From NCBI GenBank assembly GCA_965235115.1, contig OZ249436.1, positions 65,286,001-65,350,000 on the forward strand: a stretch of 64,000 nucleotides of DNA, in the 5' to 3' direction. This document shows, in pieces, positions 11,031 to 25,016 of the stretch. Within the stretch, counting starts at the first letter, position 1, and each line of letters opens with the position of its first letter. Made by a program: the position numbers and the translations under genes. Under the pieces are notes generated by a model. The model was not told the origin of the DNA and made no database searches. It worked only from the letters and a program-made list of their open reading frames with translations. Source of the DNA: Laetmonice hystrix (lineage: Eukaryota).

Positions 11031-12561
11031 TGACCATTAACTAGTCAGGTGGAAATCTCGCTGGGATCTTTGCTGCAACGATTGTTATATTTGGACTCTT
11101 TTCCTGCTTTTGTTGGTTTTATCTCGATCTTCCACTAAGTTCGTAGTTAAAGGCAGACTTTGATTTGTTACCACAAACCTTCAGATTGTTTGGAATCAAG
11201 GAATAGTTGAGACGGGTCCCGAAACAAGTTCGTCTAGTATCGAGGATGATGCATGGATTAAGAGATAAATCCACGCAGAAGAGAGTTATTTCTAACCGTC
11301 TCTGGTAGACTGAATGATAACGACCTGGTCGTGTACGTTATGAATGGGTTGAGAAATGATGTTTGTAATGCAGCATGGCGCGATGCGTTCTGCCCTATAT
11401 CCATTTAGCACATGATGGTATTTTTGGCTCTCGTATGACAACACGTTCATATGGCATTTACCGCCATACTCCGTCATTGTCTTTCTATCCGAGGAAAACA
11501 AATGTTGCCATAAAGATGGCGAGGATATTGTATAAAAAGTGGTCTATGAGACCAGACCGGTGTCTGGTGCCGACAGTGGTGCCGCCACAAGTGGATGTTT
11601 GGCCACAACTCGTCAACCTCTGACCCACGACCAGCGAGGTGAATGTGGTCAACACACTTGTCATTCATTGACCAGTGATCATTGGGCGGGCACGTGGTCT
11701 GGGTCCCACAGTGGCCGGTCGGGGGCCTGGCGGGCGCTCAGCCGGTGACTGGCTTGTTTTCACAGCCATTGTTGGCAGTGGGGACAGAAAGTGGTAATTT
11801 CCCTTACGGATACCAGCCGAAAAACGTCACTTGTCGGGGATACGGTAGCATTGTGTATGCACCAACAGAATTGTAGCCCCTAGCCTTGGATAAAGGTGTT
11901 CATCGGTTCTTCTATCACCCCCTTAAAATATGCTGCTTATTAACCCAAACCTGGATGTTTGCCAGTGTGGACAACATGGGTTTATTTCAGAGGATCCATG
12001 ATCAAATTGAAACAGTCCTATCCGATTATCAGACGAGTAGGACTCCTACCTAACGTGAGCGCCATCACTGTATCGGAGATTTAGACAAGAACAAACGACC
12101 AATGTTTGATCACCCAGGATCCTAGAGTCAGGCCGTGAGACGTGATCGGTACTGACTGTTGGCAACAAGTGATCACATGTGACTGAGAGCAGATGTCCAC
12201 GACAAGTGCTTCACTCACATGTATGTGGTGACAGATGTCAGCGACAGGGATCAACGTTTTTAAACCCATGTGACAAGTAGGGTGATGAGCCCTCAGTATC
12301 TGTGTGGCCGCGAGCCCTCTACCTTCCCTGCCCGTACCCAGCAGGGAGCAAGCCTCAACATCTCAGTTCATAAAGGTGTAAATTAAACGAACCGTAACGT
12401 TCTGGTCTACTTGTCATCTAGGTGACAATATGTAGGTGGCACAGCGTCTTAAATTATCATCTGTGGAATTTAATACGAAGATGGCGAAAAGAAGCGACGT
12501 TTCTGGGAAGCTGTCATAATTATTGAAATTTGAATATAATGTATGCTCTGGACATGGCCAG

Positions 12562-13677
12562 TAGCGGCCGCACAGAAGCGTTGGTAGTCCTATCAATACC
12601 ACTAACACCGCTGGTAGAAAATTTTGGGCGCACAGAATCCTGTTGATAGTCGAACCCCAATCAGTGGTGATAGACTAACAGTTGAAGACCGCACAGAAGC
12701 GTTGATAGACTATCAAAAGCATCCAGTATCAGCGCTGATTTATCAACTCACTATAGGTGCCCGGGGGCACCTTTAGTGTCTTGATAGCACTGAATCGGGA
12801 GTGAATCTCGACCTGAGTCAGTCTTAAAGTAGTGTTTGTACCCTTAATTAACATGTGGCGTGCTGAAGCTGAAGTCTGTTTATGGGTGATGGCCATATAT
12901 ATGAAGAGGCAAAGATACAAGCCATATCAGCAACTCCTATGGCATTCACTTCAGCTGCTATTTCCAGAATCATATATTTTGTCTTTAGCCTTCTGCGTTG
13001 TCTCATTGTTGTGTGTGGCCCACAAGACCTTGGGATGCTCCGAGATATTGCTTATCACCGAAATTTCCGCTTCAGAATAATCTAGAGCACAAGGTTTCGT
13101 CGACTTTTCTATTACAAATCTAGTAGCCTAGGTGTACGTTCACTGCAAGTGCGGACTGGTGAATGGCACCTAATTTCAAAGAGTTCTGTCTTAAGCCCAA
13201 ATAAAGTAAACACTGTAGGGTTGTTTTCATGAAAGGGTAATACGTTGTGGATGCAAACTATCAAAGGACTGACCATCTACCGGGGTAGCTCCCCTGTTTA
13301 TACTTCCTTACTGTTTTATGGTATCACAGATGAAAGAATTGAGCGAATGGTGTTTGGTGTTACTGTGTACCTGACACTTTCAATTAAAACAAAGATAGTA
13401 CTGTAATTTGTAATCTAGCATGCACCGGAGCAGTGGGGTGGTGCTGGTGTGTGTGCTCCACGTGCACTTGTTTACAGTCTGTAGAGGGAATTCCCTCACT
13501 ATAAATAGACGGACACATCTTTATAATATGCAAATAACCCTATCAACAGTTAGCCCTATCAGCAGGATAGAGCCTGTTCTGTGCGCTCATTTCTTAGGTG
13601 TTGATAGTGCCTATTTTGATAGTGTCTTGATAGGACTATCAAAGCCTCCACTATCAGCACCTTCTGTGCGGCCGCTA
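12562..13677. mobile_element. Non-autonomous TIR element, Academ-like
   Basis: Perfect 17-bp TIR TAGCGGCCGCACAGAAG with further inverted GATAG/CTATC-rich subterminal repeats; CAG on both flanks (3-bp TSD); TAG..CTA termini with 3-bp TSD fit Academ, though a TA-TSD reading is also possible. Confidence 0.65.
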
Positions 13678-15810
13678 CAGGTATCTGAGTCAGCAACTGG
13701 CAGCAGCTTGGGTTGGGTTTGTTACGAAACTGTCAATAACGATCGATTTCTGCCTGCTGCGAGATTGTGAAGTTATTATTGCATGTGATCATTGTGATAA
13801 TATGAAATTATGTGGAATAATAACCTTTTCAAATTTGCCGTTTTGAAACACATTATTATAGGGTTGTTGTATCAAAGTATTCCGTATTATTGATTACCGC
13901 GGAGGTCGATACGGTGTCTATAGCACTCAGATCCAAACTGAGCCATCCCATATTTGTTACAATTTTAGCAAAAAGGGCTCCGAAAATTATGAAACCACAC
14001 ATCTGGCTGCAAAAGACCATAAATTCGGTGAATATTGTTTCATTGAAAGTTGTCGCTGATACACAAGAGAAACTTCTTGTGAGTAGGATGAATTAATGTG
14101 AAATGTGGGCTCAGGAGGGCGGATGGGGACAGGTGCTATAATAGCACTGGAGTATATCGGTGAATTCACTGATGTAGATGAAAAAGTATACAGGCACAGG
14201 TGTCATTACAATACCCTCTGGGACACGGGTGTCACTACAATACCCTCTGGGACACGGGTGTCACTACAATACCCCCTGTTACTGCGCAGGTTGTGAATCA
14301 GGACCTTCCATGGTCGGGGGTCCGTCAAAGGCGTGTAGGATCCGCAGGCGTGGGGGGATCTCAACGTTTGAGAACCTGTCTTTATTGACAAATTGTTTTG
14401 AAATGTCGTAAAGTTTAACGTAAAGTATGATTGTTGTTGTTAGGGAATGGTTGGACGGATAGTTGGGACAGAAGGGTAGATAGTTGGGGGTATACTTAGG
14501 TAGTAGGCAGCAGATCACAGTGGACCACTGTCGGGTAGGGGTAGTGATGGGCATGACCACTACCACTTTCTACCAGGGTGACTACTGAAAACAAACCCAC
14601 ATAGTATGATAACCATAGAGCAGGTATTCTGTCAGGCTGAGTGTATCATGACGGTAGACTGAGACAGAGGAGGAGGTGGTTGGGGGAGCTGTAGACAGCC
14701 TAATGGTAATGTACTTGTCCTGTTCTAAAATGATGTATTAATGTGCTGAGAACCCTTCTCCACGCCAGCCGCGCAGGAAGAAACGCCACTTGAGTGTCTC
14801 CACTCTAATTTTTCCTTTTAGAGATCTGCAGTGAGGTTAAAATGATTGGAACCAGCACTAGACACTGGTAGACTGTGAGTGTCAGACACCACGCGGTGTG
14901 GTACTGACTGCCTTCCGGACGTTTTCTTGGTTTCTCTCACAAACGTCTGAAATCTTTTCTTCTCCGCCTCCTCCTCCGCCTCGCCAGATCTGAAGTGAGA
15001 AATGCCCTCTCATTCCTGGCCCAAAACTTGTAACAAAGAACGATGAGGACACCTTTACCAGTCCAGTCGACTTAGAAAGAAAGATGATCTCATGCACGAT
15101 TTGAGAGAGTGAGAAGTGAAGTACTGGATCTTCCGTCCAAATGTTGCCCGGTTTTCCACCATGGTAGACCCTTGAAACCACCATGTGAGTAATAGATTGT
15201 CTGCAGCAGCGTTTACAGCCATGGCTTCGCCACGGTCCGTGAGTTATTCCCCAGCCACATGTCCGAGTGATAAATTTGTCACTAGGATCCAACCGTGAGC
15301 AACAAATTGTACTGAGAGCATTTACAGTTGCTCGGGACTCGGTAATTACGGCAGGGCCCTGGTGTGTGGAGACCGCAAGCTCCCGGATGTAGTCCGACTG
15401 GTTATCACTTCTCAGATACGGAACGTAACCCCTACGTTCTGAGAAATAACGATTTGATAGAGCTGTTATGGCTATACTAATTCATTACTCATAAACGGCG
15501 AGCGTAATATCTCAGCTGATGTTCAAAAATAATTATTATTTTGCGATCAAGATCGGCTATAATTTAAAAAAAAAAGGATTTGGAAGCATTTTGCTGAGAA
15601 ATAAAAATGCAGTTACAATTTTACAGGTTACAGGTGCGTGATACTGTCTAAGCTGAAATCTACTAAACTTGAGCTGCTGAAACGTAAATTTGGATCAGGG
15701 ACTCGAGGTATAGGGGCCTATGCTGTAGAATAACACGACGGTAAATGCCACTTTATGGGCCCGTCTGCCACAGTCCCCCCCTACCCCCCCACCCCACCCC
15801 CACACCCACT

Positions 15811-16064
15811 CAGGTCCATCCTTGTCTCCGTCCCTCACATCATCTATACTGACCCACTATGATATATATCATAGACTCATCACCGACCTCCCTACTCGAG
15901 GTGCAGTCGGTAGGCAGGAACCGTGACAGGTCCCTAATCAGGTCCATCCTAGTCTCCGTCCCTCACATCATCTATACTGACCCACTATGATATATATCAT
16001 AGACTCATCACCGCTCTCCCTACTCGAGGTGCAGTCGGTAGGCAGTGACAGGTCCCTAATCAGG
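15811..16064. repeat. 128-bp tandem duplication
   Basis: CAGGTCCATCCT...GACAGGTCCCTAAT at 15811 and 15939. Confidence 0.9.
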
Positions 16065-17835
16065 CTCGAGTGACAATTGATGCCGGGGCTTGGGGTGGGA
16101 TTTATTGAGAGATTTATACTGCAGCCGCTTCCCCCTATTCTCTCCCGGAGCTGCTGGTGTTACCATTCACCCTGTGAATATATGTGGAATCAGCCATCAC
16201 CACTAATAATCCAGCGTGTAGATGAGGGAGGGTGGGAAGGGGTACTTATTAAGGGTTTGGTTAGGAAGAGAGAGTCAGGTTTTTGCCAAGAAGCGTTCTT
16301 CCAGTCAGTTCCGTTGGACAATGCATGGCGGGAGATTGGCTCGTTACCGCTCGGCCGTCCTTCCGGCCGTGACCCATGGGTCCCGCTAACGTGACGGTAG
16401 CCGTGACTGTGGAAGTGACGGTGTCAATCTGTGTGGGGTCCAGGCTGACACCCACGAAGGTCACCCAACCTCTGTATTAAAGGAAGACCTCAGCGCGTAC
16501 GGCCACTTGTACTACAGGCGGTGGGAGTCAGGAATCGGATGGACTGATTGGGTTAAGGGACTTTTTAAAGGATGACCTCGGAACGAAAGGCCCATATGTT
16601 CTGCAAGCGGTTGGAGACCATGGGCCGGGTGACCGTGGATGAACTGATCAGGTTAACGGACACCGGGGGGTGAACCCTAAGTGACAGCCACCACCCCCGC
16701 GGTGAGGAACAGTACTACTACCGTCGGCATGTACAGTGTTGACATGACTAGAGGAATCTGCCCTGACCTTGACAGTAATCTGGAGGTCAGCACGGCTGTG
16801 GATGCTATGGTCATCATTAGCAACAAGGAGCTAACATATCTAGACGTTAAGGCCGAGAATGTACGGTGGAGGCCGCTAGATATAAGCTCCAGGTATAGTT
16901 AACGTACATTGGAGTTTTAACAGAGGAATGAAAAACCGAAAGTGCTATCACACAAGTATTGTCTTTGCGGCGGCCAGGGCTGGGCAGCAGTCACCTATAT
17001 AAAACAAGAAGGCGGAGTTCCAGGTCCGACCTGAGAGTTGTATTGACGGCTGACCAGTGGTCATCTTACGGTCAGCAGCCTTCAGTGTCCAGACATTGGT
17101 CAACAGGGCAGGACGGGTGGAAGCCTTTCAGGGACCTGGGCATTGACCATTGGTGACTATTAAATAGTCAGCTGCCAACAGCTGCAACACGTGCCAATCA
17201 GGAGTGGACCGACTGAAAGGAGAACCCGATGTGGCTCGTTATCGAGGACGGTCGGGTGGTGGAAGGTTTTCAAGTGGCAGAATCCAGCGCTCACTGCACA
17301 ACGTATTCCTCAACATGTTCTATATCGGGTTGTTGTCAGGGGACTGGCGGGACTGGTGGGACACGGGTTCTGGCGGAAATCCTGACCTCAACATGTGCTG
17401 ACCGGCCATTTCTGAATCCCAATGTAGACACGGTGGTCGTGAATAGTAGTGGTGAGATGGATAGGTAGGGTCTCACAGAATGCAGGTTACATAACATCTA
17501 CTACTGTCATTCTAATGGGATGATCTGTTGTCGGTGTTAATGAGCAGAGATCTAGGGAGGGAATAGGGACGTAAACGGGAAACTAGTATTGGTCATATCA
17601 TGATATCTAGATTGTATAAATCTTTCTTTTTTCATTAAAAATCATTGACAAGGTTAGATCAATTATAGGTAGCCTCAACCTCTTGTTTTTCAGGCTTTTT
17701 TTGAGGATTGATGCGAGTCGAAATTGATTGTATGATGCACGCAGAATGACGCATATAACTCGCAACTATTGCATGGAACTGCCGGTGTGAGTTGGAACTG
17801 TTTTATTTAACCTGCTTGTTTTGTGCGTGTTTCAG

Positions 17836-17987
17836 CTGAATCCCAACAGCAAGGCGTACATAGAGGGGGTACAGGTCGGGGATTACGTGGACAAAATCAA
17901 CGGTGACCAAACTGCGCACCTTATGCACAACCAGGCCCTACAGCTCATACGAGACGCCTCCGATAAACTCGTCCTAGAACTGAGAAG
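17836..17987 (+). CDS. Exon encoding the C-terminal part of a PDZ domain (ALP/Enigma/synaptopodin-2 type)
   Basis: tttcag|CTG...AG|gtaag, 152 nt, phase 0-2; translates LNPNSKAYIEGVQVGDYVDKINGDQTAHLMHNQALQLIRDASDKLVLELR with typical PDZ features (SKA..GV.VGD.I..ING, H..A..LIR, L.L.L). Confidence 0.92.
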
Positions 17988-19080
17988 GTAAGAGACATGC
18001 TGTGACAGCTAACTCCGGCTCCTCAACGTCAGCTCCACCCTGGTCGGAGATCGTCATTACCTGTATCTCAACCAAAGCTTGTGATCGGCCAGCCAGGGGA
18101 GCTTCTTATATCCTTGGGATTCTGCGTAAAGCGAGTGAAATTACCTATTGAATCTTAGTATGGGACTGGACGCAATACAGTTTTTGAGGTGTTGCTTTCA
18201 GCCTCGGAGGTGGCCCTGAGGGTGTACATGAGCAACTCAAACCCCGTTGGTGTAAACTTATGTCTAGGATTGGTAAAAATATCATTCATAAGTAACATTT
18301 AGTTTCAAGTCTTTAATGTACGTTAACAAGTTGGCCGTGTCAGCTCCGAGATAAACGTTGACCTGGTTGAAGATAGTAACAATGCGTACAACATGTTGCT
18401 GATGCTGACTACAGATGAAGAAACCAGATGAGATGAGGGTTGTGAGACCGACCTCTATAGTGCTTCCTGTTGACCTGTCATTGACTTCCGATTCTGTCCT
18501 CCCTAGACTGTCATCCATAGCAATAGATTACCCTCGCAGGGAGAGTTATGGGCGTGTGTTGTGCGGAATCATCGCACAGGGCCGGGATTGGGCGGGTCCA
18601 AGGGCCGGGATGGGACCAATAGAAGACCGAGCTATACACAAGGCCGAGTCTGGGCCCATCTGTAGCGACCCCATGTGTAGCGGACCCATCGTAAGAGTCT
18701 GAATGTGCTCAGCCCTTCCAACAATTCCAGATTTGGCTGGAATCTTCCGATTGTTTTTGCTGTCTTTCCGCCAAAAGAAAACGTCGTGGTGGTGAACCCC
18801 TAGCCAGTTCATCACCCGACTGATGATTGTAACGGTAATACCACCTGGTGCCTGTTGAATAAAGTGATTATTCTGGTGCAGATGTGCGCTGACATAAATA
18901 TACAAATGTCATTAAAGGTCAAGTGGTATGGTCTTGTGGATTTGATGGGAGAAAATCACCTGTAGGCTGGATGTAACCTAGTGTTACCGGGGCTATGTGT
19001 GCCATATCGCACTTCAGAGGCACAATATTGGTGAATGTAGAGTATTTGACATAGAATCCTAGCTGTTTCTAGGACCTGGG

Positions 19081-19330
19081 ACCATGGCGAGAGTGTGTGA
19101 GTACGTACTCTACTCGTGATTATAGCACCCAGGTCACAGCACTACCATGGCGAGAGTGTGTGAGTTCGTACTCGACTCGTGATTATAGCACCCAGGTCAC
19201 AGCACTACCATGGCGAGAGTGTGTGAGTTCGTACTCGACTCGTGATTATAGCACCCAGGTCACAGCACTACCATGGCGAGAGTGTGTGAGTTCGTACTCG
19301 ACTCGTGATTATAGCACCCAGGTCACAGCA
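19081..19330. repeat. 63-bp minisatellite, 4 copies
   Basis: ACCATGGCGAGAGTGTGTGAGT...CCCAGGTCACAGCACT repeated. Confidence 0.9.
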
Positions 19331-19584
19331 CCCGTCAGGTGGCGCGCAAGTCGTTATCTCGATAACACCCCCCCGTGTATCTCAACGCCAGCAGGCGACC
19401 GGAAGGATGAAGCTATTACAGGGGGTTTTATGACGGGGTTCAGACAGTGCGGGGTGTGGTCGGCATCCCCGTGGTCATGTAGATCTCTGTCATTTATAAG
19501 GTCCTCGGTCCTGGAGTCCGGGGGTACCCATGGGGTCCTCAGGAGAACCAATGTGGTTTCTAATCATGAAACCCTCAGAACTGT

Positions 19585-19740
19585 GGCCCCCAGACATGTG
19601 GTCCCTAGCCATGTGGTTCTCAGCCATGTGGTCCCCAGACATGTGGTCCCTAGCCATGCGGTTCTCAGCCATGTGGTCCCCAGCCATGTGGTCCTCAGCC
19701 ATGCGGTCCTCAGCCATGCGGCCGGTCCTCAGCCGTGCGG
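19585..19740. repeat. 15-bp minisatellite
   Basis: CAGCCATGTGGTCCC variants, about 10 copies. Confidence 0.8.
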
Positions 19741-22700
19741 TCATGAACTGATGACCTGGTATTGGTATTTTTCATACTGTTGGGATGATTTAATCCTTTT
19801 AATAAGCCGAAGTAATATGTAACTGTACCACACTTTGTATGCAAGGCAGGGGTCATGGATAGGGAGAGACAGGACACAACAAAATGGTACGTAAACAGTC
19901 ATGAGGTTCTGATTGGCTGAATCAGGGTAAAACACAACCTGAAAACGCATGGCCTGAGGCCATAAACTTAAGGTAAGTTCGCTGGGATTGTGAATGTGGC
20001 TCTTTATCTTTGCTGATAGGGTAGACATGTGTGGGATGGCTATCTTGTTTAATACATCTGACTTCTAGAGGGACTCGAGGTCCCGAGTGAGCGGGATTCC
20101 AGCAGGTAGAAGATGTAAACATCATTAGAGCCAGCTACGTCACGTCATTGACTTTTACCCGGCCCGGCCCAGCCCGGCCCGGCCCGGCCCGGGTCCAGCC
20201 CGGCCCCGGCTGAGATAGGCCCGCTGTCCGGTACGACAGGCCTCCAGCCTCCATCGGCCGGCGGGGGAAATTATTCTGCCAAAGATGCTCTCAGTAAACA
20301 TTGAGCTAATGGAACAATTAAGTGTTCAAAAAGTGGCGGCGTATCTCCAGTGTCGGGAGTCGGCAGGGTGGGCTTGATAACTGGAGAGGTTGGATAACGT
20401 GGGACAGCCGGCCTCACTCTGTGTACGTACAGTGTAAGGGTTGGTGTAAGTAAACATGTCGGACGTAAGACTGCCACGGTCGTACTTTATGGTAGTAAGT
20501 TATCCCGTCTGGTGGAAAAGGGAAAAACCAATGGGATCAGCTCCTGGCAACCACCATTGTACTTGATGTATGGACCTTAGATCGGGTCCCGACACTAAAA
20601 GAAAAATGTTACAGAGATTATGGTAATACTATCACACACAGGAGGGACGGACGGGTCTTTCTGTTTTTATTGATGTGTAAACAGTGTTTTCAAGAGAACC
20701 ATATGACATGACCGTCGTTGAATGTACAGTTCATTTAAATTGATTTGACGTTGCTTGTAAACCGGGCCCAGATCACTGGAGAGAAAAGCGGTTTCTCAGA
20801 AAGGGGAATCTAATACGTTCAGACCTCTGTGTTCAGACTCTAGTCTGAAGTAACCTCAGTCAACAAACACAGACGTAACCTTTACCAGGAGAATGGTACA
20901 CCAAAGATATACATGACAGTATATAACTGAGCGTATACGTGAGAGAGTTTTCTCAGTGGTTGCAGAAAGCCGTCGTTATACGAGACCGAGCAGGAGAGCA
21001 GCAGGTCTGTGAGACTATGATTTGTGATAGCGGGACATGATGATTGATACTCTCCTATACCAGCGCCTACCCAAGTTTGCCGAGGATGGAGATATAAAAG
21101 ATTTATGTAAATCAGGGGGAAACAGATCCATTCATTGGAAGTGTTGTGTTCCAAGAAAGACGTGGGAGGTGGTGTATAGTGAATGGGAAGTTATTGAGGC
21201 CCAGCGTGGCACAGTGTACACTGGTATTAGGAATCACAATATTGGCAATCCTTTCTGACTGAACCTCAGTATTCTAACCATGCTGGCATGCCGTTCAAGT
21301 GGAGACCGGGAGTATTGGCTGCGATCGTCAGAATACAGGAGTGGAGAACGCCTTTCACAATGAGAAGGAGGGGGAGGCAGATTTCATTATTGTAGTCTGA
21401 CAGGAATATCTAGGCCACAATCAGTGCAGAAAATGAGAAATCATCAGTGTTCTATGGCCGTGAGAATTCTTCAACCATGGGGATTAATTCAGCAAATACC
21501 GGGCGAAATCTTGGAGTAAAGTGAGGATAAGTTGTGTTAGTTGTGACATATGGAGCAGTAAATTCCTTTATAGTCACTGCTATCTTTGCTTTCCGTATCA
21601 TAACAGTCTTGTGTACATTTATTCTGTCTACAAATCAAGACATGGGCAGATGAGATAAATAATATTTTGACCACCGGTGAATGTTTTATATTGTACCTGT
21701 TTGGGTTGTCATGTAATTATCAGTACCTGTAACGTTAGCGACTAGTAAGTCCAATAGTATTTACATGTGGGACAGCATTTTTACGGGTAGGGCAAGCAGG
21801 GCTGGTTAAAGTGATCCACGAGAGGCCGCGGATATTGTCAAACTGGTCGGGGGCTTACGTGTTCAGTGTTCTTTAAGGGATACAGGGGGGTCATAGCAAT
21901 CCCCCTCCTAGTATGTTTTATACGGTACCATCTACCTGTACTAGTCTCGACATGCCATATTGTATGAAAGATGAGTCGGGCGGAGCTCGGCCGCCTATAC
22001 ACCAGACTATGATTGCTATTAGGATCGATACAAAAATGACTAGACACTGGAAAAATATCTTTTGCTCATACGTGGGGATAGGAGACATAGAAAAATAGCA
22101 AGACTGTCGCGTGCCCGGGTCATCGACTGTATCCAAGGAAATTACTGGCTTGAATAAACCAGAAGGTTCATGATTGCGTCGTTGACCTGGCCATGAAGTG
22201 CGCAGTGTGCTTGTCCGGTCGGAAACGGAGGCATTTACCAAACTGTGGCTCGTGTCAATTTGCTCTCCATAGTCCATTCCAGCAATGTAATATATGGATG
22301 TGTGTTCACACATTCTGATTGTTGCGCGAATGATCAATACAGGCTAAAATTGCCTTTGGATCTCTGAGGAGTTGCAGTGAAATTACACCTGACCATTTGT
22401 AAGTAGTATCTGAAAACGAGCCATTGTTGCAGGCCGACCTCATTCCTCAGGTTGTTTTCGCAACAATTATAACCCTTTGTTAGAGAAACTGAGAAGGCAG
22501 TGTTTATAGGTTGAATTCAGTTGCGTGTTACCGTAATGTTTTGTGATTAAAGCGGGTGTTATATTAATTGAGGTGAAACAATGTTGAAATGGCCGTTTCA
22601 CTCATGATGATTGATGAAACGGGACTCGGTCTATTGAGACTGGCGGCGGTTTGAGACAGGTTCTACGGGTGATTGATTGACCACTGTTCACGACAAGGGC

Positions 22701-22816
22701 AGATGAAATGGATCAGTTTGTGGGGGTGGCCTTTAGTTCACCGGGTGCGCCAAGGAATTTGTCTCCTCTGAAAGCAAACAGAGAGAAGATGTGTATGTAA
22801 CATGATGATGGAGGCA

Positions 22817-23053
22817 ATGTGGTCTGGTTAACGAGAAAAGTGAGACTGGCTTCAGATGTGGTCTGGTTAACGAGCAAAGTGAGACTGGCTTCAGATGTGG
22901 TCTGGTTAACGAGAAAAGTGAGACTGGCTTCAGATGTGGTCTGGTTAACGAGAAAAGTGAGACTGGCTTCAGATGTGGTCTGGTTAACGAGCAAAGTGAG
23001 ACTGGCTTCAGATGTGGTCTGGTTAACGAGAAAAGTGAAACTGGCTTCAGATG
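22817..23053. repeat. 39-bp minisatellite, 6 copies
   Basis: GTGGTCTGGTTAACGAG(A/C)AAAGTGAGACTGGCTTCAGAT. Confidence 0.92.
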
Positions 23054-25016
23054 CAATCTTTCTCTGTTCTTTTTACGATGACCTGGCCGGCTGACCCCGG
23101 TCATATAACATTGAGAAAAGTGATTACGGACTAGAGAAAAAACAGTTAATATAGAAAAAGTGTGTAGAAATGTATTCATAGAGTGAAGAACTTAGGAAAT
23201 ATATAGATTGTTTCATACACAGGACCTCTATTTTCTTAATTACCAAAGCTCTATGCTATCCATCCGTGAAATCCCTGCAGTTTATAATAAAACATGTAGT
23301 GTTCATTGTGAAGGAGAACAAAGACCTAGAAGTAGAAAGACAATTGGAGATGGTAAGGTCCAGTTACCCTAATGATGTTCTGTAGTGAGGAGCCAGTGGG
23401 CGGTGCTCTCCACCATGTCTGCTCCACTCACTCAACTGGTTCACTAAGATGCTCAAGGCCTGGCCAGTCTCAGCCTTTGTTGGACACAGGCATCTAATCT
23501 GATTTAGTGGAACACTAAAGCCATGGGAAATTGGCTCGGAGCTATAGCAAGGTTAGGTGGATGATGATGGATGTGCGGCTTGATCTGGCCATGTGATTAG
23601 GCTGTGACATATCACTGAGGGGGTAAGCAGTGTATGCTGGCGCAGGCCGGTACTGTTTGTGATGATAATGGCAGGTTGAAAGGTCGGTACTCTCCCCGTT
23701 ATGATATATGGCAGTTTATCATGTGGAAAGCGTGAACTATGAGGGTTTACATGGCCTAACACGGCCGCCGTTATTCTACAGCGTGTCTGCCCACAGACTG
23801 GATGCCATCAACACAAGGATAAATTGGGGGAAGTGGAATAATACAACCCCACGCCATGAAGTTAATTCACGCCATACACTGAGAGCCACGCCATGAACCC
23901 AGCCACGACATGATGTAGCCCATATCATTTTGCTTCGTATTTTGTGTAGTGGCGAGGGAACCTTATCTTAATTGTCTTTAAGAATGTACGCGAAATGAGG
24001 CGAAGTTCATCTTAAAGTAATCAGTAATCTGAATTAAACAATAACAATTAATGATAATGGAATTGATACAGGTATACATGTATATATGTTATATCATTTA
24101 TGGCGTATGGAGTACTCCCGGTGGGTCTTTGCTTCATAAACTTAACTAATCCGATCCCATGTCCATATCGAGGAGAATCTTGCAATACAGCAGGACAGTT
24201 TGTGAGACAGCCTTCCCGCAGTCAGTCTGTATGAGTCGGTGAAGTACGCCATGGGGACGTTCTGTCAATGTTCTACTGCAGCCAGAAAAATACACCGCCC
24301 TGTAATTGTAGAAGACGTGTTGTCTTCTTGGCATTGGAAAAAAAAACAAGCCAGCGAATTTGTTGGCGTCAAACTGGTGAGCCATTGGAGTGGGAGGGCC
24401 TTGGAGGGTTAACGATCGTATGACAACATTTTGTCTCATCTAAAGGCGGCGGGAAGACGGTCGATACAGTCCCGCACTATAGGACATTGTATACCAACAC
24501 GGGAACTGTGAATCAGGTTTTAAAGTTCAGTGAAGCCAGTTTGCAGCCACTGAGACAATAGGTCAGAGTTCAGAGAAGCCATATAAGGTAGTTCAGAGAA
24601 ACCAGTCTAGGTGTCCTGCACACCCATTTTGAGGAGAGATTTCCCTTCAAATGAGGAAAAATCAGATTGAGGTGACTGAGTGGCAATAAGAAGCCAGAAG
24701 CCAGTGAGAGGTCAAGGGAAACTTGACTAAAGGGAGAGGAGGTTGACAGTGAGTAACTGGTTCAACTAGAGCTGCCAAAAATCTTATTACCAGTCGCTCC
24801 CACTGCTAGCAAAACCACTTGGATGTACACGATATCATAGGCGAGGAATCAACCGGAAAAACTTGTCCATTCCTCACGGGATCCAAGCGTCGATTTGTGA
24901 ATTCCTGGGAGGGTTAATATCCCAGCTGTTCTGTCCGGAGGGTTAAGGGTGTTCAGAGGTAGGCATCCCGTGGTAATATCACCATACAATTTGGTGGCAA
25001 GAAATAAAGGTTCCTA

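Noticed and set aside
14882-15292. 136-aa minus-strand ORF; likewise ORFs at 18282-18905, 21037-21258 and 36614-36886
   Set aside because: Somewhat protein-like but no identifiable motif or splice context; possibly old transposon debris, which I cannot support
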